This document shows positions 7,122 to 17,100 of a stretch of DNA of 20,000 nucleotides, piece after piece (within the stretch, counting starts at the first letter, position 1; each line of letters starts with the position of its first letter). The DNA is from an uncultured virus (IMG/VR IMGVR_UViG_3300018413_000001) (Duplodnaviria > Heunggongvirae > Uroviricota > Caudoviricetes). The DNA lies in the IMG/VR virus record IMGVR_UViG_3300018413_000001. One strand, given 5' to 3'. The notes beneath the pieces are model-generated. The model ran no database searches. It saw nothing but the letters and a program-made list of their open reading frames with translations, and had not been told where the DNA came from. The position numbers and the translations under genes are program-made.

Positions 7122-7802
7122 ATGGATCTGTGGTTGACCCTTCACGACGGACGCACGGCACCCCTGACTGGGGTGACTGCAATCTCGTCAATTGATACAG
7201 TGGGCACGTCCACCCTGTTCACCGGAGCATCCATATCCAGCGGCAGCCCGAACGTGACGGTTTCAAGCACCTCCGGCATCCGCCCCGGCTCCATGGTGTT
7301 TGGTGCAGGAGTCCCCACAGGCGCGACGGTTCTTTCCATCACATCGGGCACCGTTTTTGTGATGTCGGCCAACGCAACAGCCTCCATCGGTTCTTTGACC
7401 GTCACCGTCACAGCCATCAGTGATGCAGACCTCAAGCTGTTGACAGTCAACTCGGGCTGGTACCGGGACATCTTCTCGGCAGACACCAACCTGGCATATT
7501 CAAGTGGCTCACCGCTGAATGGGACCACACTTCAGGTGCCCACAGTTTCAGGCATCACATTCACCAATCCGGTTGTGACACCCCCATCATATTCCACCGG
7601 GGCCATCCCAGGCAGTGTCATTGGCACTCTTTCCAGCACCACGTCTGACGAATTGGCCCATGCCGCGCTCCGGCAGGCCACATGGTATGAGGCTCTGTGG
7701 GCTTTCACCTGCACGACGGATGCCGTCGTTGGACCAACCCTGACGCTCTATTACCGGAAGTATGATGTCGTCGGGTTCTGCAACATGGCACCGTCCCTTT
7801 GA
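7122..7802 (+). CDS. Ser/Thr-rich putative virion surface/decoration protein
   Basis: Beta-rich SGSPNVTVSSTSGIRPGSMVFGAGVPTGATVLSITSGTVFVMSANATAS module of a type seen in phage tail and capsid accessory proteins; very high S/T content. Confidence 0.55.
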   Translation: MDLWLTLHDGRTAPLTGVTAISSIDTVGTSTLFTGASISSGSPNVTVSSTSGIRPGSMVFGAGVPTGATVLSITSGTVFVMSANATASIGSLTVTVTAISDADLKLLTVNSGWYRDIFSADTNLAYSSGSPLNGTTLQVPTVSGITFTNPVVTPPSYSTGAIPGSVIGTLSSTTSDELAHAALRQATWYEALWAFTCTTDAVVGPTLTLYYRKYDVVGFCNMAPSL

Positions 7803-7806
7803 TGCC

Positions 7807-8607
7807 ATGCCCGTTGAACTCAATTTCCTAGTCGAGACGACGCCGAACCCGGCAGAGGTGAGCTTCAAGGTCAAGGTGGACGGCAACCAGCTCAACCCTG
7901 ACTCAATGCCCACCATCGGGCTGCCATACAACAGGATCAGCAGTTCCATCACCAACCCACGTGTCAACGAGTGCGGGTTTGGCAGCTATGTTTACATCAG
8001 TGCCACGCAGGAAGGTGGGGACATCTGGCTGCACTTTGGCAAGGACAAAACCGCCCAGGAAAAGAACACCCCGTTCCGCACCAGCTACTCGACCCGGTAC
8101 TATCCGTGGCCCCCGGTGCTCGAAACACTCAAGATTGTCAGCACCACGACGTTCCCGCAGGCGGTCAACACGGGCACAGAAGTGGTGACCGCCCCCCGGT
8201 ATTTTCCACGATACAAGTTCCGCCCCACCCCGAGCGTGAACAGTGTGATCAAGATTGAGCAGTTCCTTGCGCCCACTCCTTTTGACGGTCAGGCGTTGAT
8301 TCACCCCCAGCCAATCCCCACGGAGATCAGCGGGCACTATCTGGGCATGACCATCAGCTTCCCGCGCTGCCTGCACCCGCTGGTGGTGCTCGATGAGAAT
8401 GTGCCAGGGGCCAACGTGGTCGAAGGCCAGGGCACCATCAATGTGCCAACCACTGGCAACATATCCCGGCAGGTCTTCCCGGCCACCAACTTCCTTGACT
8501 GGTCCCCGTTCATCCTTGAGGATCAGTGCCAGCCCGTGGGGGGCTTGTATCTGCGTGAGCGCATCACCATCTACCCTCCGTTCAGGCCAGCAAAAATCCA
8601 GAACTGA
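7807..8607 (+). CDS. Hypothetical Pro-rich, probably structural protein
   Basis: Likely start at ATG 7807, 4 nt after the previous stop; phage-like codon usage; no recognised motif. Confidence 0.6.
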   Translation: MPVELNFLVETTPNPAEVSFKVKVDGNQLNPDSMPTIGLPYNRISSSITNPRVNECGFGSYVYISATQEGGDIWLHFGKDKTAQEKNTPFRTSYSTRYYPWPPVLETLKIVSTTTFPQAVNTGTEVVTAPRYFPRYKFRPTPSVNSVIKIEQFLAPTPFDGQALIHPQPIPTEISGHYLGMTISFPRCLHPLVVLDENVPGANVVEGQGTINVPTTGNISRQVFPATNFLDWSPFILEDQCQPVGGLYLRERITIYPPFRPAKIQN

Positions 8608-8610
8608 GCC

Positions 8611-8787
8611 ATGCCCATCACCACACAAGCAGGGTCTTTTCAAGGGGACACCCCCTTTTTCAACCAGCCGTGGCTGTGGGGTCAGGACAATGTTCAGACC
8701 TACCGTGATCCGAACACGGGAAGCACCATGATTGCGGAGCAGAGCAGCCCGGTGGTAAAGTTTGACAACTTTTCGTACGTGCTGTAG
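8611..8787 (+). CDS. 58-aa hypothetical protein, not in the ORF track
   Basis: MPITTQAGSFQGDTPFFNQPWLWGQDNVQTYRDPNTGSTMIAEQSSPVVKFDNFSYVL* fills the gap between 8607 and 8801. Confidence 0.6.
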   Translation: MPITTQAGSFQGDTPFFNQPWLWGQDNVQTYRDPNTGSTMIAEQSSPVVKFDNFSYVL

Positions 8788-8790
8788 CGT
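8762..8790 (+). promoter_or_regulatory. Putative internal promoter for the glycosyltransferase cassette
   Basis: TTGACA(8762-8767)-17 bp-TAGCGT(8785-8790); ATG at 8801. Confidence 0.45.
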
Positions 8791-8800
8791 CAACTATATT

Positions 8801-9535
8801 ATGAAGTTGCCGCCGATGATCGGGGTCACTGTGGTGACACCAGCATACAAGCATTTGGAGAAAGAAGCCGTGGCCCGGTTCAAGAAGCACACGGGGCTGC
8901 CGGTGAAGGTCATCCGGTGCAAGGATGAGGACGGGTTCAAGGCCAAACTGGAGCTGGACCGTCATTGCCCACGGACCCGCATTGTGTTCTTTGATGTGGA
9001 CCTGTGGCTGCTGCGCCCCGTGGACCCCTTGCGGAACTGGAGCCCGTACACGTGGATGGCGGTCAACGACAGGGCCGTGTTCAACATGCACGCGTTTCCA
9101 CACACTGACTGTGGCAGGCACCAGATGCAAAAGTTGAGGTATTTCAACAGCGGGCTGATCGGGCTCAACCTTGCCTTCCCACCGCACCGTGAAGTGTTCA
9201 AGGAGGCCCGCAGGCTGCGACAGATGGTGCTGCGCAAGAAACTCCCGGTACCCGTGGATGAGACCGACCAGTTTTACCTCAACAAGGCGGTGCAGAATCT
9301 GAACATCGGCCAGGCGATGATGCCTGAGAAGTTCAACTTCTACATGAAGTCCGCCGACTGGGGGCAGTCCCCATGCATCCCCCGTGAGATCGTGGGGCTG
9401 CACGCAGCCGGGGAGCCTTTGAAACGGAAACTGAGAGCCCTGAAGCAACAGGCAGCCGTGTTTGAGCGCACCACCGGCCCCATGCTGGAGGAAGCTGCGT
9501 TCAACAACCACAACATGATCTTCGACCAGCGATGA
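8801..9535 (+). CDS. GT-A fold glycosyltransferase, family 8-like
   Basis: IVFFDVD (DxD), YFNSGLIGLN, TDQFYLN, MPEKFN and LHAAG are GT8 hallmark motifs in the expected order. Confidence 0.85.
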   Translation: MKLPPMIGVTVVTPAYKHLEKEAVARFKKHTGLPVKVIRCKDEDGFKAKLELDRHCPRTRIVFFDVDLWLLRPVDPLRNWSPYTWMAVNDRAVFNMHAFPHTDCGRHQMQKLRYFNSGLIGLNLAFPPHREVFKEARRLRQMVLRKKLPVPVDETDQFYLNKAVQNLNIGQAMMPEKFNFYMKSADWGQSPCIPREIVGLHAAGEPLKRKLRALKQQAAVFERTTGPMLEEAAFNNHNMIFDQR

Positions 9536-10149
9536 AAGCGTTCATTGTTTACACCCCGGACATCAAGGAGATGGCTGAAGAATGCCGTGACCGGGTGCTG
9601 CGGTTTACCAACATCAAAGCGGTGGAATTGCTGGCGGCAGACACAAGGTTTGCAGCACATCGGATGAAGTTGGAGGCGTGGCAATGGTTTGGTGGCCCCA
9701 CGTGGTTGGTGGATGCGGATCTGTGGTTTTTGCAGTCTTGCATCTTGCCGGTGCCGGATGGGCTTGTGATCTTTGGCAACCCGGACAACTCTCCCATCAA
9801 CAAAGAGAGATATTGGGGGACGGTCGTGGAGATTGGGCATGCCATCAACACATCCTTGGTCGGCGCTGATTGTGGCAACGAGAGGATGCAAGAAGCTGTG
9901 AAAGAATCCATGTTGCTTCAGGCTGACAGGTATGGCGAAAACCCTGTGGCAGACGAGAAGTTTTTCAACGAGGCCATCAGCAAGCAGCCTCTGGTGATTG
10001 CCCGTCTCTCCACCCGCTTCAACTGGTGCGGCATCAACCCGCCAGCCCGGACTTTCGCGGTCCACGCCGCCAGCCAGTCAAACAAGCTCCAATGGCTCAG
10101 AGAATCCGTCCAAAATCATGAACGAAACACCACCGCCCCAGACCCCTGA
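9532..10149 (+). CDS. Second, divergent GT8-like glycosyltransferase
   Basis: LVDADLWF (DxD), INTSLV, ADEKFFN, LSTRFN and VHAAS are colinear with the upstream GT. Confidence 0.7.
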   Translation: MKAFIVYTPDIKEMAEECRDRVLRFTNIKAVELLAADTRFAAHRMKLEAWQWFGGPTWLVDADLWFLQSCILPVPDGLVIFGNPDNSPINKERYWGTVVEIGHAINTSLVGADCGNERMQEAVKESMLLQADRYGENPVADEKFFNEAISKQPLVIARLSTRFNWCGINPPARTFAVHAASQSNKLQWLRESVQNHERNTTAPDP

Positions 10150-10684
10150 GTGGACCAATGACTGGGCCTGCCACCACTACACCAACTGGATGAAGCATCT
10201 GGGCAGGTTCATCGGACATCCCGCGCTGGCGCTGGAGATCGGCTCATGTGAAGGCCGGTCTTCGTGCTTCTTCGTCCAGAACATTCTCACCCACCCGGAC
10301 TCGCGGCTCATCTGTGTGGACCCATGGGTGATGCCAGGAACGGAAGAACGGTTCCAGAAGAACATCGGCATTCTGGGGTGCCGGGAGAAAATCATAATTC
10401 ATCGAATGCCCAGTGATGAGCTTGTCCTGTCGTCACCCCCCGGATGTGATTTCATCTACATCGACGGCTGGCACTCGGCGGCAGCCACGATGAAGGATGC
10501 CTGCCGGTCATGGGTGGCGCTGAAAAAGGGCGGCATCATGATTTTTGACGACTACATGTGGCACATCAATGACCTGCCCCGAGTCGATGCGCCCAAGCTG
10601 GCCATTGACTCGTTCCTGCTGATTTTTGAGAAGGAATTGAAGGTGCTGCACATCGGTCAGCAGGTCATCGTGGAGAAGAGATAG
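10118..10684 (+). CDS. Class I SAM-dependent methyltransferase (Methyltransf_24-like)
   Basis: LEIGSCEGRSS, CVDPW, DFIYIDGWHS and LKKGGIMIFDDY; likely start at ATG 10118. Confidence 0.9.
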   Translation: MNETPPPQTPEWTNDWACHHYTNWMKHLGRFIGHPALALEIGSCEGRSSCFFVQNILTHPDSRLICVDPWVMPGTEERFQKNIGILGCREKIIIHRMPSDELVLSSPPGCDFIYIDGWHSAAATMKDACRSWVALKKGGIMIFDDYMWHINDLPRVDAPKLAIDSFLLIFEKELKVLHIGQQVIVEKR

Positions 10685-10744
10685 CAAAATATCACCTTGA
10701 CGCTTTGCCAGTTTGTCATTGTCAAAAATGAGATTTGACAGACC

Positions 10745-12214
10745 ATGCTGGTTATGGCACGCACCCGCGCTCAAAGTTATGATCCTTACAGTGACTGGGG
10801 GGTAAACCCTAAAGGCCAGCAAGTCAACGCAATGGGCCAGAGGAAGACCATAGGCTTTTCTCCAGACCGTGCTCCTTCTCGCGGGTTTGGTGGTCTCAAC
10901 GAGCATTACGCCAGACAAGCTTATGATGGCTCACCCAAAGCCATTGAGGATTATGCCAGTGAAGCACGCAAGGCTGGGGAGCTCGTAGGCAACGCTGGTG
11001 GGCGGATGCTCGATACATGGGAAAACCGTGGGTTCAAGACCCACCTTTCCGACAAGAACCCCTATGCACAGCCAGCAGGGCCAGTGGCACCAGTTGCCCC
11101 GTCATTACCACCCGGTGCGCCTTCGGCAGACAGCATGGCTTTTGCTGAAAAGGCAGCACCCAGAGATCTTGAAGATCGTGGCAATCCGGCACCCCCACGG
11201 CCCGTAGCTGGCCGCACTCTCGACAACCAAGAATGGGCCAACAAGCCAGCACCCAAGGGCGGGGGCGGCGCGGCAGCCCCAGCAGTCCCTGGCAGCGGCG
11301 GCAATGATGAGCCTGGCAGCGATGAAGCCCCGCCCGAAGAACCAACAGATGAGGGGGGAGGAGACCCCGGTGAAGGTGGGGGCAGCAGCGGCGGGCCAAC
11401 TCCGCAGCCCAAGCCTGAAGATCCGAACCTTTTGAAAGTGCCGTTGCCAATAATCAACCGTGCAGCAAAACCTCCTCCGATGCCTTCTCCTATGGGGAAT
11501 GACAATTCAGGGCAGGCAGCACCCAGGTACCAAGGCATCACAGATTCCGGCTGGGGACAGTCCGCAGCAGAATCGGCAGCACAGAGCAGGCCGTCTCCAC
11601 AGCCTGTCAGCAACCGTGTTTCGGCCAACCCATACATGACCCGTGCAGACAATGTGGCACAAGCTAAAGCAGCGGGCACTTTCGACAACATCCGCAACGG
11701 GTACAACCGGGACAACATGGAGCAGGGGTATGTGATGAACCCGGCAGGCGACATCATCCAGAACAAGGACATCCAGCAGGATTATGCCCGGTCCCAGTTG
11801 CAGCCAATGGCTGATGAAATCGCAGCCCGGAGAGACTTTGCCCGCGGTGAGGCCCCAGTGATGTTCACTGATCCCAACGAGAGCCCGACAGCCGATGAGA
11901 TGAACCCGCAGCCACGGCGTGCGGTCAAAGTGAACCCGTATGGCACAGCCACAGCCACATATGGCAGCAGCCCACCCGCTGGTGGCACTATGGAAGATCC
12001 GCTGACCGGCGCAACGGTTCCAATCAAGCAGTGGACCAACGATCAGAGTGCTGTGCAGGCCACCAAGTATGGCCCTGGCGCTGCTCAGGCGGGGGCGGAT
12101 TATCTGAACCCTAAAAGGATCGCAGCCAGCACCGAACCACTTGGGCAGGACGACGCTGAGCAATACCGTGCCATCGCCCGAGGGGGTAAAATCCCACGCT
12201 CCTCGAAAGCATGA
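10745..12214 (+). CDS. Low-complexity P/A/G/Q-rich protein; putative internal virion/ejection protein
   Basis: 489 aa, apparently disordered (GGGGAAAP, acidic PPEEPTDE tract), no Cys, located in the structural module. Confidence 0.5.
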   Translation: MLVMARTRAQSYDPYSDWGVNPKGQQVNAMGQRKTIGFSPDRAPSRGFGGLNEHYARQAYDGSPKAIEDYASEARKAGELVGNAGGRMLDTWENRGFKTHLSDKNPYAQPAGPVAPVAPSLPPGAPSADSMAFAEKAAPRDLEDRGNPAPPRPVAGRTLDNQEWANKPAPKGGGGAAAPAVPGSGGNDEPGSDEAPPEEPTDEGGGDPGEGGGSSGGPTPQPKPEDPNLLKVPLPIINRAAKPPPMPSPMGNDNSGQAAPRYQGITDSGWGQSAAESAAQSRPSPQPVSNRVSANPYMTRADNVAQAKAAGTFDNIRNGYNRDNMEQGYVMNPAGDIIQNKDIQQDYARSQLQPMADEIAARRDFARGEAPVMFTDPNESPTADEMNPQPRRAVKVNPYGTATATYGSSPPAGGTMEDPLTGATVPIKQWTNDQSAVQATKYGPGAAQAGADYLNPKRIAASTEPLGQDDAEQYRAIARGGKIPRSSKA

Positions 12215-13185
12215 ACACTCGCCTGACAGTAGCGGAAGCGCGGGATCAATTGTGGCAACTGGCTGATCCATCTGACCGGAACAGCCCGATGTTCCTGTAC
12301 ATGCTCAACGAGATCTGTTCCAAGCTCATAGAATCTGGAAAATGGAAGGGCTCAGTGGTCCACGTCACTTTTGATTCGTCGGCTGGCTACATCACCCTGC
12401 CGCCCGAGGCTTTCTCGGTCATGGCCATGACGTACAACCGGGTGCCGGGCATGACTTTCACCCAGTTTCACCAATATCAGGAGAACGGCCCTGGCAACTT
12501 GAAGGACACCCTCAACTGGACAGGCATTCTGATGGAGATGGGGGATGGGTTTGTCACCCAGACCGACATTCCTGAAGGTGTTGCCACCAACCTCCGAGTC
12601 ACCTTGAGCAATGCAGCGGACGCGGCGAAAGTGTTTCGTCTGTTCGGTCAGAACGGCTCCAACCAGCCCATCTATGATCTGACCACGGGAGTGGAAGGCA
12701 TCAACCTGACGAGTGCTTTCCCTTCTGCTGACACCCCGACCACCACGTCCCAGCTTTTTTCCAAAGTCACAGGCATCCAGGCTCCAGCCAACCTGAAAGG
12801 GTCATGGACACTCTCTTATCTGGTCGATGGCACGGCCACCCAGATTGGTCAGTATCTGCCATGGGAGACCATCCCTATCTACTCCCGCTACCAGACCGGT
12901 GTGGCTGAAAAGACCATCCGCATTCTGTGCCAGCGCCGGTTCCGCAAGATGGTCAACGAGACCGATTGGGTGATCCCAGGCAACATTGGCGCTCTCCGTG
13001 AAGGGTTCTGGCACCTGAAGTATTTGAACTCCTCGGACGACGAGAAAGCACAGATGAAGTTTGACCGTGCTCTCTACTGGCTCAACAATGAAGCGCGTTC
13101 GTTCCGTGCCGGGGCCATGACGCCCACCAATGTGCAGCAGTGGGGGTATGCAGGCTACTACGGCTGGACCGGCGCTGACTATTGA
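12211..13185 (+). CDS. Putative head-tail adaptor / tail tubular protein
   Basis: N-terminal helices (LTVAEARDQL...LYMLNE), YITLP, a beta-rich middle and C-terminal helices match podovirus adaptor-like architecture. Confidence 0.45.
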   Translation: MNTRLTVAEARDQLWQLADPSDRNSPMFLYMLNEICSKLIESGKWKGSVVHVTFDSSAGYITLPPEAFSVMAMTYNRVPGMTFTQFHQYQENGPGNLKDTLNWTGILMEMGDGFVTQTDIPEGVATNLRVTLSNAADAAKVFRLFGQNGSNQPIYDLTTGVEGINLTSAFPSADTPTTTSQLFSKVTGIQAPANLKGSWTLSYLVDGTATQIGQYLPWETIPIYSRYQTGVAEKTIRILCQRRFRKMVNETDWVIPGNIGALREGFWHLKYLNSSDDEKAQMKFDRALYWLNNEARSFRAGAMTPTNVQQWGYAGYYGWTGADY

Positions 13186-13194
13186 TCCCACATT

Positions 13195-14148
13195 ATGCCA
13201 CCCCCAGCCACCAGTCCTGCAATGCGTGAGTTCGGTTATGGAGCACGCCGTGCTCTGGAGCCATACCGCAGTCCTGACGCCCAGACCTATCAAGATCCGA
13301 ACGTCAAACCGTATTTCCGCATGAACCAGCTCCCGGCTGCGGAGCGCAACAGTCTTGCGTACAGCGGCTATGCCCGGCAACAGGACAACATGGTGCTTCA
13401 GGAAGACCAGATCAACCAGCAACTGGCTGCCCAGCGTGAGAAACTGGGTCAGGACAAGCGCAAAGTGGCTCGACTTGAACAGGTGCAGGACGTGGAGGAT
13501 CAGGCCAACGAAGCATTGAACTCGGGAGTGCCTGCCAATCAGGTCATTCAGCAGTTTCCGGGACTGGTGCAGTCCCCGGCGTTTGGCCGGTATGCCCAGT
13601 TGGCCAAGATGGCATCGCCTGCCCAGCAGACACTGGCCCCCCACTTCCGCAAGAGCCTCAAGAGCCCAATTGCCCGGCAGTATTTTGACAAGCACTTCCA
13701 AGTCACCGGAGATGCCACCCAAGCACATGACCTCGCGCAGGCCGACGAGATGAATGACAATCTCAAGGTGGATCTTATCAAACACGGGGTGCCCTTCGAC
13801 ATCGTTGAAAGTCAGCAACGGTGGACTCCTCTGATGGCTCAGTCGGCCATCCAGACTCACGGTAAATCCAAAAAGGACAATCTTGATGAGCTGGGCTATC
13901 GCAAGGCCGTGTCCAAGTATTTCGATGACATGAAAGCTGAAGAGGATGTGATCGGTAAACCCCGTGACATGCTCAAAGTGAAAGAGGACATAGACAAACT
14001 CCGTGGAGTGTTCTTCCCACAAGCACCTGTGGCATCCCCCGTCGTCCCCGGTGCAAAACCGGCAGCATCCAGCACCCCGACCAAATCGAAAGTGCAAGTT
14101 TTGGCTGAGCGTTATGGCATCATCAAACCTAAAGTCACACAGCCATGA
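13195..14148 (+). CDS. Q-rich helical protein; putative DNA ejection/internal protein
   Basis: 317 aa, coiled-coil-like, directly upstream of and ATGA-coupled to the giant protein. Confidence 0.5.
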   Translation: MPPPATSPAMREFGYGARRALEPYRSPDAQTYQDPNVKPYFRMNQLPAAERNSLAYSGYARQQDNMVLQEDQINQQLAAQREKLGQDKRKVARLEQVQDVEDQANEALNSGVPANQVIQQFPGLVQSPAFGRYAQLAKMASPAQQTLAPHFRKSLKSPIARQYFDKHFQVTGDATQAHDLAQADEMNDNLKVDLIKHGVPFDIVESQQRWTPLMAQSAIQTHGKSKKDNLDELGYRKAVSKYFDDMKAEEDVIGKPRDMLKVKEDIDKLRGVFFPQAPVASPVVPGAKPAASSTPTKSKVQVLAERYGIIKPKVTQP

Positions 14149-17100
14149 GCCCGTGGGAAGAAGTTGAAAAAGACCCCGAGTTCTCCACTCTGGCTCCACA
14201 GGACAAGGCTGCTCTGTTTGACGACTGGCACAAGTCCACAGTTGAAGAGTTCCACAAAGACCTCGACCCCGATCAAATTGACAGCGCCGGGATGCGTGGG
14301 TTCCTTGCTTCGGGTCAGGCCAAGCGACGGGAACTGCTTGGTGAACCGGTGGCCCCGGAGCAGGCAGTCAAGGAGTTCGATCAAAGCTTGCAGGCCCGCA
14401 GCAAAGCACAGCAGCAAGCACTCAATGACTATGACGAGCTGGAGAAGGCACGCTTCGCATTGAAAGATGCCGGGCTCACCCAGCAGTTTATGTCCGGCTT
14501 TGGTGAATCCGAAGCAGGGAGTGCCCCACAGGAGGCCACTGAAAACAAGCAGAAAGAAATCGAGGCCATCCGCAGCCGGATCACCCCAGAACTTGAAAAA
14601 CAGGCCAAGGAAGCACGGGAAGCCCTTCGTGGTGAGCGCCCGGCAGCCGTTCTCGGCAGTGACATCTATACAGACCCCTCGCTGGTTCTCGACAAGGAGA
14701 AATACCGGCAGGCCATTCAGTCCACCGACGCGTCGCCCGAGGCCAAACTGCTGGCGCTCGCGGACTACAACACCCGGCGTGACGATTTTGCCAAGAAGGC
14801 TTTGAACACGTTCAACACGGCGGGTGAAGCTCCAAAGCCATACTTCTTTGGTGCTGAAAAAGTGCTGCCTGAGATGACCTCTTTTGCCAAGTGGGAATCC
14901 GAACAACCACCAGAAGTGCGTTCCAAACGACCCGAAGACAAAGCTCTCGATTACCTGCGCACCATGCAGGGCCGTCCGGGGTTCCAGAAGATTGTGAGTG
15001 CCATAGGTACTGGGACAATGCAAGGCGGTGCTGATGTGGCTAGTCAAGGGATCGGCCTGGCAGCCATGACCACTGGCAGCGACGCTCTGGCTAAGAAAGC
15101 CGGGGAAGTCGAGAAAGGTAGCCAGTTGATGTCCGAAGTGCAGAACCTTGAAGGTGACACAAAAGGGACAGATGTTTTTGATGTGGGTGGTGTGAAAGCT
15201 AATGCAGCAACTACGTTGGGCGGTCTTTCCCGTCTCGGTGTGGGCATGGCCCCGGCCATCGGTGCTGGTGTGCTCACTGGAGGCAGTCTCCCCGCAGCCG
15301 CGTTGGCAGCCGGTGCCCAGACAGCCGGTGCCCAGTTTCCGACCACCTACAATGCCATGATCGAGCAGGGCAAGACCCCAGAGGAGGCACTGAGTGCTTC
15401 CCGTGGTGCCGCCGTGCTATCAGGAGGCATCACGGCAGCCCTGACAGCCTTGGGTGGTTACAACGGTGTGGAAGCTCTGGTGCGCCGTGGCGGCATGGAG
15501 GCTGCCCGCAGCAAGCTCAAGTCGGTGCTGCTGACCGGCCCGCTCAAGGAAATTGCCGAAGAACTGCCCGACGAACAGGCCAGTCAGATCATTGAATCGA
15601 GTCTGACCAATCCTGACAAGCCGGTCTCACAGGTGGTCGATGAGTTCATGGCCAAAGCGCCGGACCTCGCCTTGCAGGTGGGCCTTCTTGGCGGAGCCGG
15701 TGAAGCCTTCTCCAAGCAAGGCACCGTCCCCGCAGTGCCAACACCTGCGGAGCAGCAACGCACTCCTGTAAACTCGGCTGGTCTGGGCCGCACCGTGGGT
15801 GAAGTCGTCGCTGAAGCGGATGCTCTCAAAGCCAAAGCACAGCAGCAAGCTGTTGAATCTGGCTCCCCTCTGCTGGCTCAAGCCATTGCAGAAAATGTGG
15901 CTGCCCCCACTCCCGAGGCTCAAACGGAGGAAACAGGAGAAACCGCAGAGCCAAGCGAAACACAGGAGCCGGGGGCAGCCGGGCAGACCACAGAACCACT
16001 TTCTGATACAGAAGTCAAGGCGACAAATGACCAAATCTCCCCCACCAACGAAACACCAACAAACCAAGACAATGCCACTCAGCAAGAGCCCATCCAAGAA
16101 GGCGTTCTCCAAGAACGTCAAAACCGAGATCAAAGCCGGGAAAAAACCGAAGCAGGCCGTAGCGATAGCGTACAGCGTTCAGCGCAAGGCCAAGAAGAAG
16201 TAGCCCCGACCAATATCACCAACAACGTGGCCCTGGTCGAACAGGGCCACGTTGATCAGCATGCAGGTGAGTCGCGAACTCCGGCAGAGGGGTCGATCTC
16301 TGACGTTACCACAGGAAAAATGGCTGATAATAAGCCATTGTCAACTATTGACCCGTCTGTACAGGGGGTCGTCACACTTCAACCGGAGCAACTGGCTGCT
16401 CTCACACCGAACCCGGCTGAGATCGAGCAGGCCATTCAAGACAACCAGACTCCAGCCCGTGAGTCGATGGACCTGAACAAAGCCGGACCCATCTTGGTGA
16501 TCCGTCAGAAAGACGGCACCCTGAAGGTGGCCCAAGGGCACCACCGTCTGGCCCGTGCTTTGCGTGACAACGTGCCTCTGCGTGTGGACATTCAGAACGA
16601 AGCCACAGCCAAACCGCTCAAGAGCATCCCAGACCGCATCAAAGAGTCTTCGCTTTCACCACGGACCACCTACCCGACGCTCGTTCAGGACATCAAGAAC
16701 CTCACTGGCAATACTGCAAGCAAATTGCAGGAAGTCGCTGATGCCCTCCTGCCTGAACCGATGGCCCGGCCTACGGCTGAGAAAATCGCCCGTCGTCTGA
16801 TGGAGGACAACGCCGTGCAACGAGAGGCCGGTGCCGCCCGTGAACGCGCTATCGAACGCAAACTCATTGGCGAAGAGAAAGCCCAGCGTGGAGACGAGCG
16901 CCCGGTCAGCGATGACAAGGCCCCCGTCACGCAGGGAGATTTCGTCACATGGCAGGATGAGAACGGAGCCATGCGTGAAGGTGTGCTCACCAAGGCCAGC
17001 GCCGGACGCGGCAGCCTCGGAGAGCCGATGTCCGAAGTGACCCTTGAAGACAGCCAGGTGGTGCAGGTGCCACGGCGCGAACTGCAACCGCTCATGGCCA

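Noticed and set aside
8801..10684. DNA hypermodification cassette
   Set aside because: The GTs have GT8-type motifs and sit among structural genes. No hydroxymethylase, TET/JBP or nucleotide kinase is visible in the window, although this is not formally excluded.
11992..12015. Internal EDPLTGA (and VDPLRNW in GT8) as further copies of the DPL tag
   Set aside because: They are not C-terminal and do not match the full seven-residue pattern; likely chance.
7903..15047. Long minus-strand ORFs (7903..8793, 8660..9511, 9340..10065, 12802..14199, 14112..15047)
   Set aside because: They are antisense shadows of well-supported + strand genes in GC-rich codon context and show no motifs.
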